This document shows positions 28,850-40,623 of a stretch of 64,000 nucleotides of DNA, piece by piece. The stretch's first letter is position 1; each line of letters begins with the position of its first letter. Origin of the DNA: Microthyrium microscopicum. Lineage: Eukaryota. Position numbers and translations under genes: made by a program. Where the stretch lies: contig MU004241.1 of assembly GCA_010405405.1 (NCBI GenBank), forward strand, positions 620,001 to 684,000, given 5' to 3'. Below the pieces are notes generated by a model, which saw nothing but the letters and a program-made list of their open reading frames with translations, had not been told where the DNA came from and ran no database searches.

Positions 28850-29112
28850 CTGCACGTGGTCAAAGCGTACACGTGCTGCGGGTCAACCCGGCTAGCGCCA
28901 AAATGAAACTCGTTAGTCGTTGCGTTCGCGATGTCAGTGCGATCCATGAAGACCAATTCTTCCAAGCTTGAGTTCACAATGATCTCATCAAAGTTATTAG
29001 AGTAGTACCGGCATGATTATTGTCTCCTCCTGCCTGTATGGCTCAACAGCCTGTAACTCCCGTATATTATCGCGACTTTGGCTATCCCAACTCCAAACGT
29101 TGGCGGCTTGAC

Positions 29113-30254
29113 ATGGACGGCAAAAGCGTCCTCGACGTCACTGCAAAGCAATATGCTGAGTATGTACTCTTTTGAGCCCCTGGTGTCTTGCATATTTACC
29201 ACCGTACTTCTTCTTGTAGAATCAAAAACTAAGAAATGTTATGCAGGCTACTTTCAGGTCCTACAGTTGACGTATACGTTGGTCAAGAACAACGCCACTG
29301 GAAACTGCACCGCAATCTCTTAATATATCACTCGGAGTATTTTCAGCATGAGTTACAAGCTCAATCAACATCATCAACTTCCGCTCTTGTTTCAGCTCTA
29401 TCCATGGGAGATTCGGATGACAATGCGAAATTCAGGTTGAACTTACCCGACGAGGACCCTGCAGGGTTTGAATTGCTGGTCAGATGGTTCTATCAAGGCA
29501 AGCTGGATGATGTCTCCAACATCCCGGATTCTCAGGACAAGTACGCATACGTGGATGCGTGCCAAAGATTACATATATTGTGCCACAAGTTCCAAATGCC
29601 ACATCTCATGAATCAAGCTATCGACCAATATCGCAAAGGTTTAAACGAAGCAGGACTGGTGCCAGACAGTAGCGAATTGGCCGATATATACACACGCAGT
29701 CCAGTTGGCTCCCCATTCCGTACTCTCATGACCAGGATTGCGGCTCGTCAAATTTTACACCCTGAGAGCGACAAAAATGCTGAAAGCTATCGCAAATGCT
29801 TTGCTATTAGTCCTGATTTTGGAATTGAACTCGTAGATGCCATCAAGAGAGGCACTGGAGGCGTCACTATAGAGGATCCTACTGAAGGAGACGCTCACGA
29901 GTTTCATAGTCACGACACAGGACACCACCCACATATCAATGGTATGCTTTTCTTCACTTTTGAACTTCCTTCACAACTCCGTTTTGACTTTGTGTAGGAT
30001 CTGAACCTGAACAGAATAAACCAAACGGTGTAGAGACCAGCTCAAGACTGTCCTCTCCACCAAAAGAGCTCGAAGCCAACAGTCCTGTACAAATAACAAA
30101 ACTACAAAATAGGCCCAAAAAGAGGGCTCTATATGGTACTCACAAAGAAGACGCCGTCAAGGAACTTTCGTCAACAGACCCTTTTGTACTTCCCATGTCA
30201 AAGCAACGTTCCGCCAAAGCTCCCTCAGTAAATGGATCCGCTGTCAAAAAGTAA
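29113..30254 (+). CDS. BTB/POZ domain protein
   Basis: VDVYVG..WKLHRNLLIYHSEYF..LPDEDPAGFELLVRWFYQG; introns ~29160-29246 and 29942-29997. Confidence 0.85.
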
Positions 30255-30783
30255 GATACATCAATTCGAATTTGGAAGGCTGTGGCGTATGCAAATTTGG
30301 TCTTGTACGCAACAACAGAGTATCTTACTGATATTTCAAAAGGCTGCCACCGAAATTGGCTAAACGAAGTCGAAGCCACATGTCATAGACGCGCATTTGA
30401 ACTGTTCCAAGCATATACATATCTGGGCCTTCCCATTCTTCAACATATCTAGCATTGTATATGATTTACGATTCGATTTACAAATATACATGTAACACAA
30501 CTTCCGGAATAGTCTACGTCAATAGCCACATTCTGTGTTGGATCAACATATTCTTACACAGCCTTTCTGACGACTGCCGACGTCAACTCAGTTGGCCTGT
30601 TCATGCCTACAGACGCTACTTGTTTACAATATTCATGCATCAACGGCGCCCTGGAACTGCGCGTTCCAATGGCGTCTCGGAATGGTGCATTTGCCGCCAA
30701 GCCTGACGTGAGGGAGCGACTTTGTCTACCGGCGCAACCAAAGCGTCTTTTCATTCTTTTCGACTTTCATTGACAATCACACC

Positions 30784-31550
30784 ATGAGCAAGCCAGACCT
30801 CAGCAGCAGCTGGCCACCAGGAGACAGTGAGGAATACATCAAAGCCCGCAATGGGCCCCTCAAGACGAACTCGAGTTGTGCAACCGCATGGAAGCCATAG
30901 CCGCCAAGCGCCGCGCTCTCCCCACCGGCGCCATCATGCGCGACTACGAATTCTGCGTCGCCACCAACAGATACAGCACTGGGCAGCTCACTCAACTCGT
31001 TACTGCAGACCGCTCTCTTGTTGTTTACAACCTCAAGTTCGGCGTCGAAGTCGATGAGCCATGCAGCATGTGTGCCGCCATCGTCGATGCGCTCAATGCG
31101 TACGCCAAACACATCGAGCAGTACGTGAATCTTGTCGTTGTAGCCAAACGCCCAACTGCGAAGTTGAACAGGTATGCATGTAGACGTGGATGGAAAAACC
31201 TTTGCATGCTCTCCTCATTCATCAATGACTTTAAATGGATATGAACGTCGAGCCCAAGGCGGATGATGATATTGGTGATTAGCGAGCGGTGCATGGGCAG
31301 GAGCCTGCTTTCAGTGTCTTCAAAGGAGATGAAGAGGGCAATGTTAGGCATGTTTGGACTGGCAGACCTTGCGTCAACGAGTACGTTATGAGTATGCGAA
31401 GGCTATCAATTTGAGCTGACTGAGTATAAAGCATCGTTAGGGAACGCAGCTTGGATGCTATTTCGCCTATCTGGCTATCTTAGACCTAGTTCTAGAAGAT
31501 CGTGAAAATGTGTACACAGAAAATGATTACGTTCCACCGAGGGAGATTTG
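30784..31550 (+). pseudogene. DUF899-family thioredoxin-like protein, disrupted
   Basis: WPPGDSEEYIKAR..EAIAAKRRALP..PCSMCAAIVD..LVVVAK..RRGWKNL..SS..PAFSVF. Frameshifts near 30858 and 31235, in-frame TAG at ~31280. Confidence 0.75.
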
Positions 31551-32254
31551 AGTGATCAAACGCTCACTTTTTTCTCAAATCGAAGTTATAGTGAGGACAT
31601 GCTGAGCAGGCTTTTAGTGTGCTATGGCGGTTGGTTGGAGGTTGTGTGTCTAGCAATGAAAGATAAAGTGCTTGCCTTGCCTAAGTGCTATTTAAAACTA
31701 CTAGAAAAAGAGCTTGATTGTGATTTTATCCTCAACGAACGTTTGGATTCGATTTTAAGATGATAAGTAGGAGGATTTGAATCCTGAGGGAAGTCAAGAC
31801 AGTCCTCCATATATACGCAAAGTAGGGAACATTTCCCAAGACACAAACAGGCGTGCGAGTGAGGCTCTCGTTTGGATCAAATTTGTGTGCATGTTGGAAT
31901 ACGGCGCTAGCCCTAATGGGCTCTGATACAATACACATTGATAATTCCAGCCTCTTACAAGGCGACGGTTCAATTCTGGGGGAGTCACTGGGGATTATAA
32001 TCCCCAGATCCCCCCCAATCCCCCGACCCCAGAATCGAGATAAAAGCCACCGGGCTTTTCCTCATGATACACCTCCTACCCACCGAGGGTAGGGGCTGTA
32101 TCATGAGTTTTTGCTTCATCGCATGATACAGTTGGCTATGTTTTTTTTGGCTCTGTGCTCAAAGCTCACTTGCAGTTTAGCAATAGGATTATAGAAATGT
32201 CATTTTTATTGTTATGTACTATATAGAGATTTTGCCACTGCCTCCTCCTATTGT

Positions 32255-32477
32255 TCTGCGGTGGGAGAATGATAAAATAAATGGCATGCTCTCATCGAAT
32301 ATGACGTCCACCAACGCACCTTATAAGCAGCATACTCTCTAATTCCTGTCTGATAAAATAACTTTTTAGCATTTTCTATATAATCGATGGGATATGAAGG
32401 GTTCATCACTAGAATATAGCAGACGAGAGCCAAAGAAGCCAAAATGAGGGTACACCATTTATTTTGTCATTCGATTG
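32255..32477. mobile_element. degenerate ~212-bp MITE copy
   Basis: GATAAAATAAATGGCATGCTCTCATC ... GAGGGTACACCATTTATTTTGTC inverted arms; left tip eroded. Confidence 0.65.
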
Positions 32478-32791
32478 AGATCTCAGCCTTATTGACGAGG
32501 CGAGGCTGTAGAGGGTGACTAAGCCATGTTGTAGCTCAAGTGCTTGGAAAATATCGGGACTGATCCGGTTCCGATCACGGCTATGCCCGTACCAGACATG
32601 GCGAACCGTGCGTATCTTCAAGCTCAACAACTCTCAAACAATCCAACTGTTGCTCCTCTGTAAACATTTGCCTATTCCTACTTGCTGACGCTCTCTTCAT
32701 CGAGCATATCTAGACGCCTTCCCGCGATGAACCCTTAAGCGCACCTCCTACAGCTGCGCGGTCAGCTTCTCTCCCTCTCACAACTCTCAGC

Positions 32792-34618
32792 ATGGACGAA
32801 TCCTCGCATCGGACGAAACGATTATTAGCGGTCGCTGCTGCCACAGTAGTCAGTTTGGCTTGCGGTACAAACTATGCATATTCCGCCTGGGCTCCTCAGT
32901 TTGCCCAGAAGCTGCAACTGACAGCCACGGAAAGCAATCTCATTGTATGGTGCAAGTTCAATGCGGTATGGGGTGGGCTGATCGTGTATAGGGAACCGCT
33001 GGCAATGTTGGCATGTACGCTTCTGGAATACCTTTCGGTTACATGGTCGATACAAGAGGGCCAAGATTGAATACAGTCATCGGATCAGTTCTACTTGGGG
33101 TCGGATACTACCCATTGTATTGGGGTAAGAGGATCAATACTTCATGTCGCAAGCAGAATACTAAACTGTTGCAGCTTATGAGAATGGAAAGGGATCTATG
33201 GGGGTCCCGATGCTGTTCTTTTTCTCATTCTTGACTGGCGCTGGAAGCTGCTCGGCGTTTTCAGCTTCTATAAAAACAGGTTGGTTATTTAGACGTGCTT
33301 TGGCTCGACTAACGTGTGCAGCTGCGCTCAATTGGCCTCACCATAGAGGAACGGCTACTTCATTTCCTCTGGCTGCATTCGGTCTCAGCGCCGTATTCTA
33401 TACTACTATCTCTGGAATACTGTTCCCTAGCAGTGTGCAGTCGTACCTCTTACTACTGACCTTTGGCACGTTTTGCATGTGCTTCTTCCCGGTTTTCTTC
33501 ATTTCCGTTCCAGCTGAGCAGAAGTACACAGCAGTCTCAGCAGACGAATATAATGAATCGGAGAATAGAAGAGACTCGAATGTACTACATCGACCAAAAT
33601 CATGGAAAAGCGTAGCAAGCACAACAAGCGATCCAAATAAGCCAGGTAAGCATTAGTTTCATTCTAGTATTATGCATTGCGCACATACTAAACCTCACCG
33701 CAGCTGCCCATTCTGGACAGACTGGTGTCACGGCAAATGGAGATGCAAGTGAAATATCGTCATTGCTTTCAAGCGAATCTATACCTGGCGACATTGATCC
33801 TGTGGAAAACAGCCTTAAGAACTCTGTACATAGTAACTCACATCATGGACCAGATATTACCGGACTCGCGCTTTTACCGACGGTAGAATTCTGGCTTCTT
33901 TGGTCGATGTTGGGAATACTAACTGGCATTGGCCTTATGACTATCAACAACATTGGAAACGACGTAAGCAACCAACTTCAAACTTGTCATTACACCCCAG
34001 CTAATATACACGCAGTCAAATGCGCTTTGGCGTTACTACGCTCCCGATACAGACCCCGATTATATCCTACAACGTCAACTTATGCACGTCTCCATTATTT
34101 CTATCATGTCTTTCTGTGGTCGTCTGCTTAGCGGCATTGGCTCCGACTTTTTGGTCAAGAAACATCACCTGTCCCGCTTTTGGTGCCTCGTCATCTCATC
34201 CTCGATTTTTGCCGTTGCTCAGGTACTCGCTCTCAGTATCGTCGATCCCAATTACCTCTGGCTTCTGTCGAGCATTAGTGGGCTGGGATATGGCTTTCTC
34301 TTTGGCGTGTACCCAGCACTCATCGCTGATGCTTTTGGCGTTAGCGGACTGAGCATGAATTGGGGCTACATGACGATTGCGCCAGTCATATTTGGCAATA
34401 TCTTCAATCTATTGTACGGTGGAGTATTTGATTCGCATTCAATCAAAGGCGAAGATGGGAACTTGGTTTGCGAAGTTGGTCTTGACTGCTACAGGAACGC
34501 GTACGTGGTTACAGCAATCGGCAGCGTTCTAGCCATCGGCTTAAGTGTACTCACAGCATGGCGCGACGGTCGCAAGCTTCGACGGCTTCGTGATTCTCTC
34601 AACGATCGACTTGATTAG
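32792..34618 (+). CDS. MFS transporter, MCH1/nodulin-like family
   Basis: SLACGTNYAYSAWAPQFA, WPHHRGTATSFPLAAFGLSA, GIGLMTINNIGN, GRLLSGIGSD; multiple short introns. Confidence 0.9.
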
Positions 34619-34736
34619 ACATTGCGTGGCGCTCCGGCGCACGCTCCTTAGATATCCTTTTTATCATGACACATAGCGTTAATCGTACAAGACATTATGA
34701 CCTCTTCCACGTCTTTCTGTAGCCCGGTGTTGTTCG

Positions 34737-35282
34737 TCATACTCGTCTCACACCTTCCAACAACCTCTCCAACCGGCCCACCAACTCATCCTTTTCCGCC
34801 TCCGTCTCCTTCGCCTCAACATCCAACTCCCCCAACTCCGCCGTCAGCTCCTTAATCCTCCTCTCCTGACTAGCCTCACTATCACCCAACCCCGGTAACG
34901 ATGCCACTAATGCCTCAAGCTGTTGTTCCTTCAGCACAAGATCTTGCGCCAACACTGTTAATCGCGCATGGATGTGTGGATCTGGCTGTATCTTGACACC
35001 ATCGTTTTCGGGTGCGCCATCTGTCGCCGTGCTTCCTTGCGTGTTGCCCCCTTGTGTGTTGTTTGTGGATGCAACGAGTGTAGTTTGTGTAGAGCCGCCT
35101 GGGACGACGAGGGTGACTTGCGAAGCGGGTGTGTTGTCTGTTGCGGGGACGGTGCCGAATTGGTCTGTTTGCCCGGGAATGTGGGCGTAATGGTGGCGAG
35201 TGTCGATGTAGTGGATTGTTGCGTACATTTGGGTCATTAGTTGGTCGAGACAGTCTTGGATTTGGGTCAGGCGGTCGGCCAT
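34737..35282 (-). CDS. SRB7: Mediator subunit 21
   Basis: MADRLTQIQDCLDQL start; LAQDLVLKEQQLEALVASLPG..SEASQERRIKEL coiled coil. Confidence 0.92.
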   Translation of the reverse strand: MADRLTQIQDCLDQLMTQMYATIHYIDTRHHYAHIPGQTDQFGTVPATDNTPASQVTLVVPGGSTQTTLVASTNNTQGGNTQGSTATDGAPENDGVKIQPDPHIHARLTVLAQDLVLKEQQLEALVASLPGLGDSEASQERRIKELTAELGELDVEAKETEAEKDELVGRLERLLEGVRRV

Positions 35283-35537
35283 CTTGCGGTTGGTGTTTAA
35301 GTGGTGTAGGTGGGGAGAGATTTCGAATTGTTGAGGGATGGGGAGGTTGACGACGTTAGGCTTGACTGAAGGAGTGACTGGCGTTGGTAAAAATGAGAAG
35401 TGATGTTTGTTACAAAGAATTCTCAAATTATTGTTCATTGACAGACGTTCAAAAACATTTGAATGTTCAATGTCCAAAAGTTACTGCCCGAATCAACAAT
35501 GTGTTAGCCTCAGGCACGCCTTTTCTGTCCAACGCTG

Positions 35538-35748
35538 CATGTGGGCGACAAAATAAGTGACACGCTTCCATCAAGTTTGATGTCTGCCATCTGCTACGCT
35601 ATACATGTATGCTAGGGTCTATCATTTTCTTCTAATGTACTCAATCCCCCATCGAATGCGTTGGGATTTAAAGTAGCCTTTCTTGAAGAGGTGCGATGGG
35701 AGACATCATACTTGATGGGAGCGCGCCATTTATTTTGTCACCCGGTTG
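35538..35748. mobile_element. ~211-bp MITE copy
   Basis: GACAAAATAAGTGACACGCTTCCATCAAG ... CTTGATGGGAGCGCGCCATTTATTTTGTCACCCGGTTG. Confidence 0.8.
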
Positions 35749-36629
35749 ACGCGTTCAAATTCCAGATCAATCGAGACTTCATCCACATCTGTGAGCTCCT
35801 CGTTGTGTTCTTCTATTGTCATTGGTACTTTATCAATAATACAGTAACGTTTTTTATGGACTCCTCTCAAAGGTGGTGTATCCCCGAACGCATAACCTGT
35901 AGGATCTTGAACTCTTCCGCCGATAGTTGCTTCCGACAGCTTACGAACCGCCTGCTCCTCCTCTGCCGTCAAAGAAATAGACAAACCTCCCAGATTCTCT
36001 TGCAGCCGATGTAGTTTCGTTGTTCCAGGGATCGCAAAAACATCATCGCCTTGCGCCAACAACCACGCGAGACAACGGCATAGCAAAATAAATGGCGTAC
36101 CCTTATTAACTCTAATGGCTACTACCAGCGCTGCTACCTAAAAGATACTTTACTTCCTATCGTATCTAACACATACTCCTAATCCGAAAGCCTTTAAAAG
36201 TCAATAGAGTATATAGTAACAGAGCGTAGCGTCTAAGCGCTATTAGAGCTGATAGGAGTACGCCAATTATTCTGCCATGCCTTACCTAGGACCTTTCTGA
36301 TACCAAATTTGGTAGACAAGAAGATGTCTTCGCGCTTAGTTGGATTGGCCTTGAACCACTTGTTCAGGAGATCTCCCGAGTCGCCATGTTCGTCGGCTAA
36401 AGGTATTTGATTAGCAAGATGTGCAGCTAGAGAGGGCGAGGATCTTACCAGAGTCCCAGAATGTCTCGCCAGCCTTGTATACTTCGTCCAAATACGCAAG
36501 GCGTGTCTCATCTGAACCAGGTAGGCCGTAGTTGCCACTGAGGCTCATAAGTCCCAGGCCTAGACGTGGAACTTCTGGACCATTGCGGCCCAAAGGACGG
36601 GTTGGAAGAGGCTTGGTAACTTTTGACAT
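35730..36629 (-). pseudogene. aldo-keto reductase (YakC-like), internally deleted and MITE-disrupted
   Basis: The N-terminus (LPTRPLGRNGPEVPRLGLGLM..FWD..REDIFLSTKFG) is joined through a MITE directly to the C-terminal LAWLLAQGDDVFAIPGTT..LQENLG. The central barrel is missing. Confidence 0.88.
36073..36284. mobile_element. ~212-bp MITE inside AKR pseudogene
   Basis: CAACGGCATAGCAAAATAAATGGCG ... CGCCAATTATTCTGCCATGCC; colinear with 60504-60720. Flanks do not match. Confidence 0.88.
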
Positions 36630-36848
36630 GATTCGATATCTGGACAAGTGATATGAATGGGGTATTTGATGTGTTCGCTAGTTTTGTAGACCGTGGAAAC
36701 TGACAGATTTCATTCTTTTACGAATAATTATATCCGACTCGTTTCAAAAGTCTCGGACTTCTCGGACTTTGCGGTGATCTCGTATCCTTATACGTCGTAT
36801 ATATTTTTTTAATTCGTCCTGATGTCAATCTTCGCCGCCGTAAACTGC

Positions 36849-37060
36849 CAACCGGTGGAAAAAATAACTGGCATGCTCCCATCGATTTCGATAGCTCCCA
36901 CCTGACACGCTTTACTATCGAGTGCTTCATTTCCCATAAGGCGCGTTCATACTGGCACAGTTTATTGAACGCAATGGAAAATATAGCATCTTTGTTTAGT
37001 AGCGTCCATGGGAGCCATTGAAGTGGATGGGGCCACGCCAGTTATTTTGTCGACCGGTTG
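36849..37060. mobile_element. 212-bp MITE with ACTGC TSD
   Basis: CAACCGGTGGAAAAAATAACTGGC ... GCCAGTTATTTTGTCGACCGGTTG; ACTGC at 36844-36848 and 37061-37065. Confidence 0.9.
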
Positions 37061-37652
37061 ACTGCATCATGTTCCCTAAGTACAAACAACTCCGCCGGAT
37101 CGCCGTTACTTCCACCGGTATTTCCACCAACCCAAGCAACCATTATGATGGGCAATCCTATTCTTCAAAATGGCCTATTTTGCTGAAAAGGCACTTCAGC
37201 CGTCCGATACGTCTGGATGGCTGAATGTGTGTGCCAGCGAAAGTCTGCCTGCACCCGAAGCGCCCGAACGATTGACAGGAAAAGAAGGTTTTCAGAAAGA
37301 TATGTATCGTGAATCCAGACCGTTCCAACAGATCCAATATATTGCCGAGTTTCGACAACATTTGAAGGCCATAAGTACCAGTAGGTATGTTTGATGCGAT
37401 AGCCATGTTGAGAGATCCTCCCAATTCGAATGGCGTATAATTTGAACCCCCCTTGTAACGTCGGCCAAATTGGCCGTGAGCCAGCTGCCAGACAGCTTCA
37501 AGTTCCAGGCTTCTTTATGTAGTTACAGCAACGTTTTGAGGCTTATATGTTACTCGGAGCTAAATACAGATAAGTTGATATTGAAGCTAGTATCCTTCTG
37601 TTAGATCACCCTACAATTGGTCATCGGACACGATTCCTAGCCGCCTGCCACA

Positions 37653-39600
37653 ATGGATAATGACACGACTCCATCAACGTCGACATACAACCCCTCCGGC
37701 AGTTCTTCTCCCGCAGCCGCTATTCAGTTTTGTTCGCGGTGTGATAAACCTTTCACAAACGGTCAGAATTGCAAGAACATGTGCTTAGCATTTCGATGGC
37801 TGATACTAGATGTAGAAACCTCGCATCGTCGTCATGTTCGTTACTGTGGGAGTCGTACCCGGAACCGACCACGATCGTGCCGTGCCTGCAACGTTGCAAA
37901 GATCAAATGTAACTTTGAGGCACCTTGTATGAGATGCGCCAAGAAGAATATAGACTGCATCTATGATGGTCCGATGGCTGGAGCCAAACGACCATCGTCT
38001 AAATTGGCAAAAGAGGCTCCAGAAGCTCACGCAACGCCCTTGAATGTGGACGATTTTACCATGGCATACGATGATTCTGCCTATGATGGCAATCTTGAAT
38101 TGACCGACTCTTTTCGCGAATCCGCTATCAATAGCAACAACAATCTTTCCCTGATGGAGTTCAGCACATCAATGCTTGAAATTGACGAGTCCGTGATTCT
38201 GGACGATTACTTCCATCTTGAAGATCAGACCTCAGCTCAGCTTATGAGGTTACCAGAGGTTTCGTTGCTATCAAACGGAAAGAATGAGGAGCATGTTTAC
38301 CGACTGCCTTCTTGGTGTTCATGGACGCAGAGGGGTGCTACGCTTACGGCAATGACCGAGACTGCCATAGATCTGTAAGATTCCCCGTGACAAATCACAT
38401 TTCTTGACGACACTTGTTGGAACGACAACGATTATATCTCCCATCCTACTCGATGGCTACCATAGAATGCGTTCTTGACCGAGTGCTATGGAGCGCGTCG
38501 AATGCGGCAGGTCTTTTATGGTTTCACACCGACAAGACTATTTGGTCTTTTCGTTGTGTTAGCTCCAATCGTAATCTTATACTGACAGATTCCAGGGAAT
38601 CAAATCATCGGGCACTTATTGAGCCTCATCGAACATCCGCTCTGAGCTACGCTGATCTTGTGATACAAGCGCTGAGGTCCTTCCCCACGATGATGCTGAG
38701 AAAAGAGACATTTCCATGGTTTATCCATCGCCATGCCAACCTTCTAACAGACTCTGGTAGAGATCTACCCCAAGCACTTTCAATTTGCATGAGTATTTCA
38801 CAGATGTTTGTTCTACGTACTCCAGAAACAAGACACTATCTCTGGGAAACCATCAAAAGAGAAAACCAACGGTTGTTCAATCAGGTATGCTACCAGAGCT
38901 CATAATTTAGACCTCTAGCTAACAATGAACAGAAAGACCAGATGCATGCTTTTGAAATAAGCGCTTCTTTACAAGCTCAAGTAATTTATCTGGTTATGAG
39001 TCTCATCGATAGCTCCCCTGAGAGCGAAGAAGCGTGCTTGGAATTAATGGAAAGTTTGAACGTAAGTCTGCAAATATTCATTATCGTGATCTGCATGTTG
39101 ACATCTCAAGTCGCTTTATATATCAGCGAAGAAGATGCTTGCAGGACCCATGACTCCAAGTGAGCTCTCTAGCCGAAGCATGAGTTGGAAAGGTTGGATT
39201 CTCGCAGAGTCTCAGAGAAGGTAGGCTCTATACCAAAGGATTACACTGACAAGATTACTGACTGATAGCCATCCATAGAATGACTAACTTATGGTTTCTT
39301 ATTGGTACCGTCATCTGTATCAAGACAGGCATGATGTGCGATGATTCCCCCTCCTATAAGCCTATACCACTCCCTGCTCTCAAATCTCTATGGGAGGCCT
39401 CCTCGGAATCAGCCTGGGGATTTGAATATGAAGCGACTCGCAATATTCAAACAAGCGGTCTAGAGACCTTCGGTGATCTCATGGAAGCCCAAAAATATCG
39501 GTTTCTACCATCAAACGCTCAAAGACTGGACAAATGGAACGCAGGGGTCGATAATCTAGGAGTTTTATTGACTTTGGCCTCAACAATAATACGAAGCTAA
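37653..39600 (+). CDS. Zn(II)2Cys6 transcription factor with N-terminal C2H2-like finger
   Basis: CSRCDKPF..HRRHVRYC then SCRACNVAKIKCNFEAPCMRCAKKNIDC; FPWFIH, WILAESQRR, LPALKSLWEA. Several introns, including 38375-38595. Confidence 0.88.
38375..38595 (+). mobile_element. introner-like element (221-nt phase-2 intron of the TF gene)
   Basis: GTAAGA..ACTGAC..TTCCAG; removal restores the frame (IDL-ESNHR). Homologous end to end with the intron at 53547-53761. Confidence 0.8.
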
Positions 39601-39636
39601 TTAAACATCCGGACAATACCCAAGTGCTGAAGCCCG

Positions 39637-39849
39637 CAATTGCATAGCGAAATAAATGGCGTACTCCCATCAACTCTAATGGCACCTAGACGCGACGCTC
39701 TATTATTAAGTGCGTTCTTTGCTACAAAGGGCGTTCAGATTGGGAATATTCATTAGATTCGATGGGAATTAGAACATCTTCTGATTAGCAGCGCTGGTGG
39801 TAGCCATCAGAGTCCATGAGAGTACGCCATTTATTTTGCCATGCCGTTG
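39637..39849. mobile_element. 213-bp MITE with GCCCG TSD
   Basis: CAATTGCATAGCGAAATAAATGGCG ... CGCCATTTATTTTGCCATGCCGTTG; GCCCG at 39632-39636 and 39850-39854. Confidence 0.9.
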
Positions 39850-39879
39850 GCCCGCTACCTGTCTTTTACGGCGACTCAA

Positions 39880-40623
39880 CTACCAAGGAATGACTCCATC
39901 TCTGTCTGTAAAAGTTGCGGTAGCTGTACCTTTCCCAGCAGTTGCCAATTGGACAATCCGAATAGCCCCCACATCTGTCGTTGTACCATAAGGGTGATAG
40001 GCGGTTGCTTTTGTCTTCACCAAGCCAGGACAAGCGACATTCACCAAAACGCCAGTGTCGTTGAGGATTCTGGCATAGTTGAGAGCCAGCATGTTGAGAG
40101 CCGCTTTGCTACAGTCATATGCCTTGTAATCGGTGTTGTAATACAAGGTTTCCTTATTGAGCGTTTCCTGAATAGAGCCCATGCGCGAGGAGACAAAGAT
40201 CAAGCGTGCAAACTCGGATTTGCGTAGGAGAGGTAGGCATGCTTCAGTCAAGCATGCCGTGCCGGTTACATTGGTGTTCAAAGTCTGGCTGAAGAGCTCT
40301 CGTGGAGTCAGGTCTTTGTATTGCTCATGACTATCCAAAAGAATCGCGGCATTATTGATCAAGACGTCCAAAACGCCAAACTCTTTTTCGATCCAGCTTA
40401 CTGCTTTGGTGATGGAATCGTCTGATGTGATGTCGAGTTGAACTGAGGAGGCTGCAAATCCATCTGCGACTAGCTTGTCAGCTTCCCCTTTTCCGGAAGC
40501 TTCGTTGCGAGATGCAATGATGACATGGTAGCCATGGTCCTTGGCGAGCTGTTGGGCTACTGCGAGGCCGATGCCAGTGTTGGAGCCTGAGATGAGAGCG
40601 ACGGTTTTCTTGGAAGGTGACAT
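39880..40623 (-). CDS. short-chain dehydrogenase/reductase (carbonyl-reductase-like)
   Basis: SGSNTGIG, LDVLINNA, VSSRMGS, YDCSK catalytic motif; start MSPSKK at 40623. Confidence 0.92.
   Translation of the reverse strand: MSPSKKTVALISGSNTGIGLAVAQQLAKDHGYHVIIASRNEASGKGEADKLVADGFAASSVQLDITSDDSITKAVSWIEKEFGVLDVLINNAAILLDSHEQYKDLTPRELFSQTLNTNVTGTACLTEACLPLLRKSEFARLIFVSSRMGSIQETLNKETLYYNTDYKAYDCSKAALNMLALNYARILNDTGVLVNVACPGLVKTKATAYHPYGTTTDVGAIRIVQLATAGKGTATATFTDRDGVIPW

Noticed and set aside
35283..35477. N-terminal extension of MED21 in the ORF track
   Set aside because: Starts at a non-ATG codon; the conserved start is MADRLTQ at 35282. The same applies to the SDR (40623) and HD hydrolase (49786) extensions.
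38414..38595. 5' part of ORF 38414-38905 as coding
   Set aside because: It lies within the 221-nt intron, whose removal restores the TF reading frame.
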